Source of the DNA: Marsupella aquatica
Lineage: Eukaryota; Plantae; Marchantiophyta
Assembly: GCA_973895155.1 (NCBI GenBank)
Contig: OZ316895.1
Coordinates: forward strand, 1,626,412 to 1,690,411
Direction: 5' to 3'
Length of the DNA: 64,000 nucleotides
The notes below the pieces were generated by a model, which saw only the letters and a list, made by a program, of their open reading frames with translations, ran no database searches and was not told the DNA's origin. Of the stretch, positions 24,783 to 38,168 are shown one piece after another. The translations under genes were made by a program, and so were the position numbers. Every line of letters begins with the position of its first letter. The stretch's first letter is position 1.

Positions 24783-26617
24783 CAATCTCTAAAAAATCAT
24801 GTGGAACAAATCCAATTCCCTTCAAGGCTTTCCCGGAGAGCAACAACGAAAGGACCCAGCGCGAAACAGCTACACCCGTCTTGAGGAGCCGGAAACTGTT
24901 ACATCAATCGCCAGTCTCTTGAGCTCTGTGTGGTTCAAACCTCTACAATCAAGGCACCATAGGTGTGCAATTAGAACTTCATTCATCACACAGATAAAAG
25001 TTTCCCGTTGAAATTTTCATTGCTCCCACTCTTCAGGAATGATGAATTTCAACATCATCCCTAATCCACTTAATATTCAATAAATTCTCTCCGATTCAGC
25101 TTTGCATATTTGTTACAGCGCATGTCCATAATTGTGTGAGCTGGTTTCAGCAAATGTCAACAATCAAATGGCCACAGTCAATTGCAATGATTTCCTAGTT
25201 ATCATGAATAAGAACGGCAAAACAGGGATGTCTAGAGGAAGACACCTTAACAAAGATACGATTACCCATTTTCGAAACACAGCCTATCGACGTAGGCCTA
25301 CGCCACTTGCTCAGTGACGGTCCAATTGGGGAATCAGGACAAAATTGACTCCAATCACTGAAGGGAATAGTGAGATTCAGACTCGACCTATGCCCATGAA
25401 CCCTTACGGCCAGTTTAATGAAAACCAAATTTCCCCATGTACTCTCGGCATTTAGACGTGTTGAGGTTGACCTATTAAATTAGCAAACAGAAAAGGAGTC
25501 CATACATTTCCATACTCTGAAAAGACCTACTCCTGGACAAGAGGGTGACCGGCCTCTCTATTGTGCCTTCGAGATCTCTCACTGCATTCATAGTCACCTC
25601 ATTCAAAATACTACAATTTGATGACAACTGTGGGAAGAGATATTCTTAGACAAATAGTACAGAAACGACGTCCCAAGTAATGCCTTTCGCGTTGCTAGAA
25701 GGTACTGTGGTAGGGGTATTAGAAATCAGTCTGTCTTGAACACAGAAACCGCAGAGTGAACGTTCACTCCCCACTTCAGTTTATTCAGTATGTAGGTAAG
25801 CTCTTGGCAGACCTGAAAGTTGACAAGTGGCATTCTAGGAGATGTAATTGACCTCTAGCCCTACCACAAATCAGATGTTAAATGAAGGAACGAAAGCCGC
25901 ACAGCGCTGCGTCCACAGGCCATTTTGGAGAAATGCCACAAATGAGTCGGTTATAAGCTCCTTGAGTGGACATGATGTCCTAAAGCTGCAGGTCACAGAA
26001 GAGCGTCAGTGGCAGTGAAAGAAAGAATACGTCTTCATCTGATAGTTCACTGACTATTCATCATTTCCAGATAAATAATCGGTTCCTTAAATACAGACCC
26101 ACGGAAAACACTACTATCTGGATCAGTTGTCTGATTCCTCTAGAGGTGGTGCGTGTTTCAAGCTAGTTCCACTTCAGGCAATTCGTGCCTCCATCGAACA
26201 ACTCTCTGAGAAGATGAGAGTTTCTGAGAAGATGAGAGTCAAAATGTGGTCATTTAAAATTCCGAACCCCAACATTTCCAATTCTCTGCATAAGCAGGCT
26301 GAAAGGGAGTAGAGCTGTCCACAAGCCTCAAATGTAACATTCACCGTCACGGATACTCTAGATTGTATCTAGGGATCATTGCAAGTTACTACGTCTGCTA
26401 AAGCATAATAAAGATTTCAAGTACTCAAAATTCCGAGGGTATACTCTCTCTGGATAGTAGGGATATCTGGAGAATTAAACTATCCTACTCGCATCTCGAC
26501 ATCCGACCGTATCCTGGACTTCACAATTCTGAACAGACTTCAGAGTATCAACTGATCAACAACTCCTCTCCACACATCATGTAAATATCACAACAATACA
26601 TACCTGGACATTGTAAT

Positions 26618-29600
26618 TCAAGTTCCAGCATTTTCCTTCTCCATTGCAACAAGCAGGGCTAGTCTCTCATATACCTGTAATTGTTTTAATTTTGCGAGGT
26701 CAGCCAAAACTGCACTTGAAAACCAAAACTAAACCAACCAATGCGGCGATTTTGCTACAGTGAGGAACTTTGTGCCAGTTCCATATAACACATAGCGTTT
26801 GCCTGATGTCACTCCAAAGGGCAAGGGAAGGTTTCCTTCTGTTGCGAGAACACTACCAAGAACCGTAAATGTGGACAAATTGCCCGAGTTACTATACTAC
26901 CTTCAAGCTAATACTGGTCTTTGTCCGTATCCCAAGAAGCAATACCCCTGTGGACTAAAAGCAGGTTTTTCCAGTCCACAAAATCAACTGGAGAGCCCAT
27001 ACACCCAGAAGAGTTATAGAAGCAAATCAAGTTCATATCGATTCTAGCAAGCCCAGGGTACACACGCAGGATATAACCGAACATCGCAGCTGTAACGCTT
27101 TCTAAGAAGATGGGCCAGAAATGACACCATAGGCTACCTAGGGATGTCCGTATAGAGCCGGCAGAGATTTTGAGAAAACATAGAACTTTTCAGGTCTTTG
27201 TTCAGAACACTGAAATAAGCAGTAATACCTCCGGTAATAGAGAATTTGCGGTCCCACTGTTGCTCTTGTCCGGCATGTTAACCTCATTGCCTCCAGTCGT
27301 AGTTCGCTGCAGTGCAACATTGGTTTTCTCATCCATCTGCTGATGCAGTGATAACCCCAAGAATCATTACTTCGGTACTAAAACGAACAATTCCCCTAAA
27401 ATCATTTGTTCACCATTTAGCGATCGAACATTTTACCAGTTGTCAGCTCTAAAATGAACTGTCCAGGTAGCTCCCGTGACCGCGAAGTTTGAAATTTACA
27501 TCTCATAAATCCTTTATATGAACCCTTCTGTGTGCGAATCGAAGCAACAACAACAAGAATCTAATCTATAGAAATCAGACAACGCGCAAGCTAAACAAAT
27601 CTTGAATTGACCAGAACTTTCTATAACATCTATTTTACGGACCTTTGAGCGTTCCGTCTTGTTGTCCTTTATTTCACGGTCAAGCCCTTTCCATCCTAAA
27701 CGCTGTGACTTTTGTTGTACGTCAGGTGACTCTGTCGGATCTGACTTATCGTACCTGCCATATTTACTTGCAATTAATTGAGTATGGAAAATGACATCCC
27801 AAAGAAGTTCCACAGTTGCATTTCAACCCTTTGGGGACAGTGTTGGATTCAAAGCTGCCAAGTTTTTTAGAAGTTTCTGCATTATAAAAATGCTCCTTAG
27901 AATTGCACTGAACAACTATGCTTGAAAGCACATAATGTCTGAAGCACGCCAGCACCAAATGCCTAACTGGTCTACATATGCTCACCACTCACGACGCAGG
28001 CCAGCCACTTCTCGGGCCTTGTGATTGAAAGGTCCATGCAAATGTACGTCGCACTCCTTCAGGATTTCTGCAGACAATAAAAACGTCCAACGGAATTTCT
28101 CTCTTATGAACGCTCTGACAGAATAAAATGACACATGTAGCGAACACTGACAGCTCATATCCTTGAAATCAGGGGACAACAACAGATCTAACAAGTTTAA
28201 TCCGGAGTGACCCAACCCATGAATTAGAACAAACTAGTAAAGCCAGGGGCACGCAGATAAGAACTTGTCATCATCACATATAAAGTTATTACCTACCTTG
28301 AAATTCATCACCAGGGTCGACCCCCATCTTTTCACAGATTCGTAGGAAATGGAAGACTCCAACACCAACATGAGCAACTTCTTCTTGACCAATTCGCCTC
28401 ACAATTGCGGCACTTCGATGGTCATCAAGACCTAGTAGCCTCTTCACTAGCCTAGGCCCAGCATCCAACCCTCTAGCTTCCTATATGAGCACAGCGTACG
28501 ATCCATTATTTTAGCTCGAGATAAGGCAACTATTTTACCTTCGTTCCAAAGTTCATATAAAACATGAACATTGACATTTGACTTCAATTAACTGGATACG
28601 TAGAGTAAATATTTTAGAACTTTTATTTTGCACCAGTGAGTACACCCTTACAAGACTTCAGAAATAAAGCACTCGAGCTTCGCTATGTCACTCACCTGCA
28701 TCATTGGAATAACGGCCAGGCGAGATTTTACATTTCCCGAGGTTTTTATGCAGTCCTGCCAAAGCAAATTGTGGGCTGGCATGTCTCCATAACTGAATCA
28801 AGCGCACCATGAAACGACAGACCGAATCAGGAATATGCATAGTACACCCTTATTTCGAAAAAGTTTTCTGGACTGATTAAATAATACCATAACACCACTC
28901 TTTTTGAGCGGTATCAAATATTGAACATACCTATATCCAAGTTCGGCCAGACGCTGGGAACACCATCGAAAATGACGGCTCTCGTCATCAGCAACGTGAA
29001 GGAAATCGGCAAAAAAAGGTCTTCCGAGTTCTTCGCTGGCGTGAGAGAACCGAACAACAGTGTCCCAGGCAAGATCGATGGCATTCAGCTCGATATGAGC
29101 TAAGTTATGCAGCATATGCGCACTGTGGGGAAGAGAACACTCCTTGGGTCCAGGGACTTGCCTTGGTGGGACCTAAATGCAACAAACAAGCAGCGAGTGA
29201 CCGAGTCAGATGGGACCATCCTCCTATCAACGTTTGGAGCACACACTAAGCAATAAGCTTACGATCCCTCAGGAACAGATAGCAAGCTGTTGAACTTCAA
29301 CAACCGGCCTGCGAAATTCTTCATCCATATCAGCAAATGACAACCAGCCATTTGTCTAACTAGACAAACTGCAGCGAGACCAAGAAAACAGATTGATAAT
29401 TCATAGTGAGCTGAGGGCAAAGGGCAAAGGGCAAAGGGCAAAGGGCTCATTTTAATCATGAAAATTGTGAAAGAGCGGTCGCATCGATTGAGTGGGGTTG
29501 TGTTCATTGACACATTAAACATCAAAACATGAATTCCATTGCCTCGGGACTCGTACTTTGAAAGAGCAGGCTTACCAGTTCTGGCTTGGGTGGCCTTCCT

Positions 29601-30016
29601 GGAGAGTCAGGTGCAGATGCAACTCCAATATCCAATTGGCCATTTGTCCACAAGCAGTAAGCCTGATGAGTTAGCCACGCTTTCAGCAGCGGGTCCGCAG
29701 TGACCAGCACGAGATGTCCCCAGCTAGCTAAATCTCCAATTTCCAATTCATGCCCACTTACAGCAGTACCTGTGCCAGTGCCTGCTCTTGTTACCAGCGA
29801 CTGTTGCTCAATCTTCCCATTTGTTGTTACACTACTAGTAATGGCAGCACTGTGTTCTAAGCTACCCACACCGCCACCACCAGGAAAGGGCTGTTGTTTT
29901 TCTACGACAGGGGAATTCTTCGTGCCCCAGACACGGCGTTCGTCGATGGGTGCAGACCGCCAGGCGTCAAGGCCCTTCCAAGCGGAGACACCGTTCCCGA
30001 CCACTTCGTCAGCCAT
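26618..30016 (-). CDS. DUF455 ferritin-like (HI_0077-type) protein; exons 30016-29576, 29172-28931, 28792-28696, 28480-28297, 28067-27986, 27754-27643, (27336-27283), 26674-26618
   Basis: Motifs LHNLAHIELNAIDLAWD, ADDESRHF, YGDMPAHNLLW, EARGLDAG, EEVAHV, GPFNHKAREVAG and the C-terminus VYERLALLVAMEKEN. Splice phases are consistent. Confidence 0.9.
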
Positions 30017-30454
30017 CAAAAACTCTCACGAAGCTCTCTTCTTTCTTCCCACTCTGCGTGATGATGTCAAATACACGCAGAGTGTCCATCGGGCATCACA
30101 GTAGCCCAAATTCTCAACAATTCATGTCAGTTTCCATAGATCACACACTTCGCTGTCTTTCGTATTGAGAAGAGGTTTTATCCCTGTTTTTGTGCTTTAT
30201 CTCCGGTTTTTGTCCTCATGGTCTTCTTCGTTCGATAGATTGTGTGGGTTGCATTTGCAGGGCAGAAGTCTCAAGCTTTCACCACCCTTTGTAGAGGGGA
30301 TACAGTTGGTTTTATCCATGACCCTCCTATGAGGTTTACTCCTGGTCTCAAGCTTTCACCACCCTTTGTAGAGCCAAGGCAGTTTCTGAATAGATTCCCT
30401 TCCATGACCCTCCCATAAGGTTTGTATGAGGTTTACTCGGGAGCTCTACCAGAC

Positions 30455-30781
30455 TTTTCAATTATTTGTCAAATAGGGTTTTAGTTGTTAGTTAGCTTCT
30501 TTGTGTATTTTTAGTTGTTGTGGGCAACTATTTGGTTTTCAATTATTTGTCAAATAGGGTTTTAGTTGTTAGTTAGCTTCCTTGTGTATTTTTAGTTGTT
30601 GTGGGCAACTATTTGGTTTTCAATTTTTTGTCAAATAGGGTTTTAGTTGTTAGTTAGCTTCCTTGTGTATTTTTAGTTGTTGTGGGCAACTATTTGGTTT
30701 TCATTTTTTTGTCAAATAGGGTTTTGGTTGTTAGTTAGCTTCCTTGTGTATTTTTAGTTGTTGTGTGCAACTATTTGGTTT
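30455..30781. repeat. 81-bp tandem satellite, 4 copies, each carrying TAGGGTTT (reverse telo-box)
   Basis: Unit TTTTCAATT.TTTGTCAAATAGGGTTTTAGTTGTTAGTTAGCTTC.TTGTGTATTTTTAGTTGTTGTGGGCAACTATTTGG with period 81. It is preceded by a short duplication GTCTCAAGCTTTCACCACCCTTTGTAGAG at about 30267 and 30345. Confidence 0.93.
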
Positions 30782-32573
30782 GTTGGGCCTCTTTGGTTCT
30801 CAGTGTATTTCCCGTTTCCCTCCCTTTATTGAGTCTTTTTGCCTATGGGATCATGTCTCCCGGTTTAGCCTTCATCTAATTGGCAGTGTGATGTGTTTTG
30901 TAAAAGGTCTCAATGGAGCAATCAGTAGAAGAGGCCTTCTGTTAGAGAGAGGATGTCCACATCAAATCTATGTCAAGCTAGCTGCGTGTCAAAAGCTGTG
31001 CCCACACATTCTGGTACCTTTTGACCAGTAACTTTGACCAGCAAAGTTTGAGAGGGGATTCAAGGCATACCTCTTTCACCCAATAACCCATGTGATTTCA
31101 CTATCCAGAACACCTTGTTCATGGAAACTGTCCATGAGAAGCAATTGGAAGCTTTTCATTGCCTTCATTCATCTGTATATGTATTAATCTAAACACTAAA
31201 ATATGTGATCCTGTGCATTGTTCTCATGCTGGTAGCTAAGAAGTCTCCCCAGCCATTTGATCATGGTGACATTTTTTCCTAGTCAAAAGATGAACCCAAA
31301 AGTGTCACTATGCATTCTGTCCACATCCAACACCCATCAATCTCCCTTTAGCTTGCACATTCCTTGAAATGGTAGCAAGCTGACCATTGGTGTGCTAAGA
31401 TACTACTTGGTTTAGGGTTCTTCATAACTGAAGGTCGCACCGCCTCCTACCCGCAAACCAAAAAGGAGGGGATTCTCAGTCTACGCTATGCAAAGACTCA
31501 CCAATCAGGCCATTTGGTTCTGATTCGTTAATTTCGGGAGACATGGTCCATGCCTGGGCAACGCACTTTATCGGACGGAAATATATATACAACCAAATAT
31601 AATTACTGGAATAGTTTATTATGGATTCTATCCTTTTTCCCTTTAAAGAATGTCAGGTTAATTAAGGCTGGGTTCCATGGGCATACTTTTGCTTTAAAGC
31701 ATTTCAGGTCAGTTAGGGAGTACATATGTGTTATTACAATGTTTGAGCCAATAAGATCTTAAAACTTTCTTAAACTCTTATGGTTTATAGATCCATAGGT
31801 GTCACCTAAATAGAGAGCTTCTCAAAATAGAGTCTAGAATTATACAATACTTCTCTTTCAATCATAAAGAATCGTACCTATAAAGGTACATTGACTCCTA
31901 CATTCTACTTAATGCAATTATCTCACCCAAAAAGTTCAGTAATTTTCTCTTCACTTTGAAGGTATGAATTTATTTCCATTACCTTTCAGACAATCATTCT
32001 CTCAATACTTTTGAATACAATGTGATAACTTGTGTTTTATCAACGAGTTAAATAAATAATACACTACTTAAATTACAATAGATTTTATTATAAATAAATC
32101 TAAATAGCTCTATTTAGAACCGGCCAACTATATTCAAAGGGATTAAATACATTATAGGTGTGTGAGAGGTTTGTTGGGTGGCTATTGTGTGTGGCTCATT
32201 AGATGCAAGGGGACAAAATGATGGAATAGCAAAAATGTTAGGGTACTGACAAAATACATTTTCACCAGGTTCGCGTTCAGGCAAACCATCTGTCCACTCT
32301 GAGCGAGAGAGGACAAGGTCCAAATTGGGCCTCATATTAATTTGAAGTTAACGAACTATGTGTGACTCATTATCCCTATTTACCAAGTTGAAGGTTGGGT
32401 GGTGGGGTGCTGAATACCCACTTGAAACCCCCTTCTGTTCTACATACACCCGCTTGTCTCTCCACTCATTCCTCCAGTCACATTTCTGCATCGAGGGGGA
32501 ATTGGACGTGAGACCTTGATATGTTTCCCAGCACTTCTACCGTGAGCTTCATCCTATCCTTATGATTACGGCA

Positions 32574-33328
32574 AACAGCTTTTTACTATCCTGTCCCCCA
32601 AACTGAGCTCAATTATTAAACTACGCCCAAAATTATCTTAATTGCTAGGTTGGCCCCCATTCTGTATATATGACAGAGTTACTTTCACTGTTTTAGGTAA
32701 CCCCAGGTGATTTCTCATTGGTGGATTGACACTTGGTGAGGCGCTATTGGCTCCACCTTACCCTGACTGAGTTTACCCTCACCCGAATGGCTCTTTCCCA
32801 TTTTTTGAATGAGCCCTACACCGAACATGGCTGGCCTGTCCCCCTCTCAATTTTCAGGCAGTACTTTGGCCCAAATGTGTGTTTGTTTACACATGGACAA
32901 AATGTATACGTTTGGGGCCTCTTCCTTTAATTAGAGAAGTGGGAGTAAGGTGAATCATCGGGACCCAAGGATCATCTTGCCCCTATGGAGTGTGTGGGAC
33001 CCTACTTTTGAAAGGAAATTGCAGCACCCAACCAGCCAGGTCGCCAGGGTTGGGATTGAAACTTGCAGCCAGCCCTGCTCGGTGCAGAGCTTGTTCAAAA
33101 AATGGGAAAGAGCGAGCAGGGTGAGGATAAACTTGGCCAGGGTAGGGTGGAGCCAATAGCGCCTCAACACATCATGCTAGTCCACCAATGAAAAATAAAC
33201 TTGGGTTGCCTAAAAATGGTTAATGTCCCCCATATATACAGCATGGGGGGCAACCTAACAATTAAAATAATTTTGGGGGTAGGTTAATAATTTAGCTCAG
33301 TTTGGGAGACACCAAAGTAAAAACTGTT
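32574..33328. mobile_element. Foldback/MITE-like element with inverted arms of about 275 bp and a spacer of about 200 bp
   Basis: 32574-32850 matches the reverse complement of 33054-33328, e.g. TGAGGCGCTATTGGCTCCACC / GGTGGAGCCAATAGCGCCTCA. ORFs 32733+ and 33170- give near-identical peptides. No TSD is seen. Confidence 0.8.
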
Positions 33329-34512
33329 CCAGCAAAACTTTTATAACAGTAAAATCTGCACAACTACAAGGGCATTCAAGTACTTTCCTTTGTGTGACTC
33401 CCCCTTTTGTTCTCCCATCCAATCAATGGAGACCACCTTCTTGTGGGTTCATCATGGATGCGCAATGCGATAATTACAAAGAAACTGCTAGCTCCTTGCT
33501 AAACAATACGTACTCCAAAGAAACACTTTCGAAGCTTGGACAAAGCCAGAAAAGAGATGACTAATATAAACTACAATCTTGAAACTGCAACAAGTGCAGA
33601 CTGAGTGAATGAAAATACAAGACTGCACTGGAAGGCCTGCAAGCGCATGTCTATGACTAATTGCTCCAGAAGGCTTGTAAGGTGAATGTATGATCATCCA
33701 CATCTGTAAAAGCTGAATTGGCTCCCAAACGGTCACAGAGATACTTCAATAATCCAGCCAAGTCTCAGGAGACGTGTAAGACAGACTATTCCTGTTTCTC
33801 AAATCAAGTGGAGAGCGATGACCAGTTTGAAAACTAACGTTCACAGAGTGCCGATACAATTTGCAGATTCTTATTTTCCGTGTAGAGGCGATACTTAAGG
33901 AACATCTAACTCCGATACACTTCGACCCTCTTGTGACAGGACTCATCAAAAAGAATTCTTTCAAAGATAGCCTCCGCATCCACGATTTCCCAGACATACC
34001 ATTTATAAGATTACCCTTCATTTAACCACTAGTTCCACAGAACAAACTAGGATGAGGATACACAAATCTTGTAACCGGGCTGCTTTGTAGCCTCACACTG
34101 CAATGATGGCACTGCCACTGGCTGTTTCATCCTTAAGTCACACCTAAGCGAAGAAGGTTCACAGCCTGCTATATCTGGCACTAGGATGTTAGCACTGATA
34201 ATGTGACAGGGCCTAAACTAGTTCCCCAGAGCAAATGCTGTCTCGTTAACAGTCACGCATCTCAATCCTGTGGTACCAAATTTTGAGACCGATATGATCA
34301 ATCTATGCTACTCTTCTTGGCTTCTATTAGAAGCGCCTTTGTCGGCTGTTTTATTCTTTTTCCAGTCTATCCACTTCAGCATTCTTCTTCCTCAATAATC
34401 CTCCTTACTTCAGCTCCAATCTTGCAGCCTCTTTGAACAGTTGCTCATGGAATTGACACTGACATAAAGGGGAAAGTCCGTGCAGGCCATCCACACGCCG
34501 TCCATGCTTTTG

Positions 34513-37500
34513 CTAGGAATCATAATAGAGTCGCCTTATTTGGTCTTCCGAAGCAGGAATCAGTGTTATAGGACACCGCTTATACTGAAATAAAGAATTA
34601 CCAGACAAAAACAGTTCAAATAAGTGTTGTAGACTTTAAAGACTTACAATCAATTTACATCAGTGGCCAAACATGGAGAATCCTCAGGTAACATACACAT
34701 AGTTGAGAGTTTAGCTAGCTTTGATCAGAATATAACTTTCTCTGGGGAAATAAGAACGTTTCAGAGACACACCTGAGTAATATAGTTGAAGATACAGGGA
34801 TAGCAAAAGACATAACCAGAAACAGCTGCCATAGATGGATTCGTTCTCTTTTGTAAACAAAGAGGACAAATTGTTCTGTCGGCAGGTAAAGGAATCCCAT
34901 TCTTTGCCACCTGCAAAGAGGTGAACGCTCTCGCAAGTATTCATAACTCATGATCTCTCCAACTATAAAAGGGACTAACGTCACCTACCATCTTTCCAAG
35001 GTAAATTCCCTCATCAAGTCTAAACTGGGTGACATTCAACATCTCGACGAAGACATACCTCATCACATACAACGAAACAGTGAAATTTGGACAAGAGAAA
35101 TTTCCCAACCATCAATGCATAAGATCATTACAACTATCGACCTACAGTTTACAAGGACTCGACTGACTGCAGACTACAACTGAATTGACGTGGACTACGT
35201 CACTGAGAATCACCCACACCCCCAACGGAAGCCAGGACCAGAATGAATGAGTCAAACTAGGCCAAGAAAGGCTGTTTGGGAGCAACTGCAGCATCAGACA
35301 CGGCTACAAAGAAACCTTTTTACTCAATTAAAGAAAGAAAAGCAGCTTAAGAGGGATGGAGCAGTACCTTGGGAGGCGGAGGTGGTGGTGGTGGTGGATA
35401 AACTGCCGGAGCTGACACTCTTTGCTCTGCTGACTGATACCACCATTCTACCATCTGGGTCACTCAAGAACATCCACATCAAGGCAAAGATAAGCAAAAA
35501 CTCCCTCCACCCCAATGAGAAGTCTACTTCTCCAATGACGCTTTGACATTGCGTGCTCTTAACAGCAAGATCCATCACTCTTAAGAGTTCATTGTGTAGA
35601 TAGATTGAAGCAAGTTTGGATAAATCTCTTGCGTTTCCCTAGAAGAGAAGTGTGTGTAGTATAAACTTGTACCTTGAAAATGAAAACAGCCGCAATAAGT
35701 CCAGACTGCGCATAATCCAGAACTCCATAAGCTGTCCGAAGTAACGCACGCTGCACAGACTGCACTTGCGAACAACAGATCATGTAAGAATCAACGAAAA
35801 CTTCTAAAGAGACGTTTCCATCACTCAAACCATCCTCTCAGAATTTGAACATGCGCATCATCAAATATGATTATACAAAAAAGGTTACAGGGGACTCTCA
35901 CGAGGAAAAAACCTGGATTATTGGTGGTCCTCGGAGCCTTTCAAATTCATTACGCCTTGCCTCAGCAATATGCCTTGAAGCATCCATCTGTCGACAACGA
36001 ACAAAAGGACGTCAAAAACTTCCCCAAAATGCAAACAACCTCTTCCCTCTTTTAAAGGCAACCATGATGAAGCCATCTCATCGTAGAAAATTATCTCTCA
36101 AGTTGGGTTATTCAAGGCTGCCAGAAGGGGGAAGAAAGAGAATGTGTTGCCCACCTACCAGCTCCTGACCTGAAGCTCGGCAAACTTGAATTCCAAGTAT
36201 GTGCAAAGCTGGGGAGATATATTTTGAGGAATCAAGAAGGTAAAAAAGTTGATAAGCAAATGACAAACCTGCGATCATGAAACCGGACAATGAGCATTTC
36301 CATGAGAAACAAAACAAAGCCTTTGCCCCTCACTCCCTACAACACTTGCTGTGCCTCGAGAGCTCCACAACTCGGTTTTGTCTTTCCAAAATCTCCGAGG
36401 ATCCTTCTTTCTGCTATCCGGCAAGGTATTCAACTGACGTTTCAGGAGATTTGTTGACCAAATCCCACATATAGGACACAATCTACACTCATCAAGGCAG
36501 GTGGCTCTATAGTCCTGCACTGCGTTGATGCCACAAGGATGATTCAAGGCCTCTCGAGCTTCTCTTAAAATCAGCAATCACTGAAGCAACAAAGATGTGT
36601 AAAAAGCAAAGAAGCCCATGACCATGTAGTACAAGAATGGCAATTCACTATTGCTACTGGGGGAGTCATACCTTCATTAGTGGCATGCAGCCATGGATAT
36701 ATGAACAAAAAGAACCTCCCCAGCCTAGTTTTCATGCGCTGGACTAAGGAATTCCTTGAAGATAACTCATGATCCCTCCTGATTCGCTCTGAATCGTCAA
36801 CAATGCTTTCCATTTCCATCATATCTGCGTCGCCATTGCCCCAAAAAGCAGCACGAAGGGCACCCCCCCTGTGGGCATTGAAGGCTGCCTCCATCTTTGA
36901 TTTCAGGTATGGGAGACCAACCTGTGAAGAGAAGAGGGACACTGTTGAAGAAAGTGTTGAGAAGAACCCATCGCTTTCTTACAGATGATAAGACTTAACC
37001 AATTTGTAAGGATGTGACAGGACTCTAGATTTTTCCCTCTAGACTAATACCAATCCTGTGCCAACAGCAACTTCACAGCAATTATCAACCAATAAAATCG
37101 CCATTCGATACACGAACAATAAAAGCATGTTTAGGGCCAAAAACTCATACCAGAAACAAAACTGAAAGATTCCTCTGACGTTTGGAGATTAGGTCCAGTC
37201 TAGGTGACGGTTGGTCCCTCTGCCCAACAAGGGCAACAAGGTCACTCGCATCTGACGTAGACGCTGCGAGATCTGACCTCCGCCGAAGCCCATAAAGTGC
37301 CTCTGCAAATGAGGCATCTGAGGTGCCAAAGGACATTTGTCACTGACTCAACATACATCGATATTATAGCAGAAATGCACTACGCAAATTGTATGATCCA
37401 GACGGTAGAAACAGAGCAAGGGCATCCCCTTGTTCGTGTCTGCCAGACCACAGGAGGGCACAGAGAGACTATTGCAACAAGAGTATCCTACACAGCTTTG

Positions 37501-38117
37501 CGGGCGAAGGAATAAAGACGGACCTGAAATGCGCAGACTGTGCACTTCGAGCATAAACATGAGGGCCGCGAAAGCTTCGTCGCTGTAATCCAACACGCGA
37601 TGTAGAATGGGTCGTCTTTGAGCCATAACCTGTCCGAAATTTCCCAATAAACTCAGGCCATCAAGTTACTGATTGGCTTGCCTTCCATTGAAGTGCACAT
37701 AACGATTTCTTTCCTTTTCAATTCTAACAAAACATATTACATCAATAGACCCTGTGGGACGTGGGACAGGAGTTTCTCCGTGAAATTGCCCAATCCCACG
37801 ACCGAACAGAGAACTCCAATGAAGAAAAGAGCAATCCATGCAAGTGTCCTACAAACTTGAAATTGGACATTCTCCTTCTATCTCAATCGCAACGAAGACC
37901 TGGATTTTCAAGACAGCCACCCATATAAAATACATATATCATAATGTCTTTCACGAGAGGAGAATCCTTTGACATGGGTGAAGACTAGTAGCCAGACAGT
38001 GGGACTCACACCAAGAGAGTAGAGCAACGCTGCGCGCAGACTGGATGGCAGATGCTGAGCCGCCACCATTTCGAAGAAAGTAGGGCGAGTGCCCTCTCCT
38101 CCCACCTGCATCAACAT
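34513..38117 (-). CDS. PEX12: Peroxin 12 (RING-finger peroxisome import factor); exons 38117-38010, 37629-37524, 37317-37151, 36921-36672, 36268-36159, 35987-35913, 35759-35673, 35454-35368, 34910-34773, 34584-34513
   Basis: MLMQVGGEGTRPTFFEMVAAQ, DASFAEALYGLRR, IFKMVEWWYQSAE, a poly-Pro tract, and RING CPLCLQKRTNPS..SGYVFCYPCI..YKRCPIT. Phases are consistent. Confidence 0.95.
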
Positions 38118-38121
38118 TGTG

Positions 38122-38168
38122 TCTTCTTCTTCTTCTTCTTCTTCTTCTTCTGGTTCTTCTTCTTCTTC
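38122..38168 (-). repeat. (GAA)n microsatellite directly upstream of the PEX12 ATG
   Basis: TCT/TTC trinucleotide run on the + strand with one interruption. Confidence 0.9.

Noticed and set aside
29414-29446. (AAAGGGC)n heptamer run resembling a telomere repeat
   Set aside because: Not TTTAGGG; only about 4 intronic copies, so an ordinary microsatellite.
30455-30781. Regularly spaced repeats as a possible CRISPR array (also 40245-41030)
   Set aside because: No unique spacers, no cas genes, and a eukaryotic context; these are tandem satellites.
32733-33170. Two near-identical small ORFs (RRYWLH..ALSHFLN) on opposite strands
   Set aside because: They arise from the arms of an inverted repeat and have non-ATG starts.
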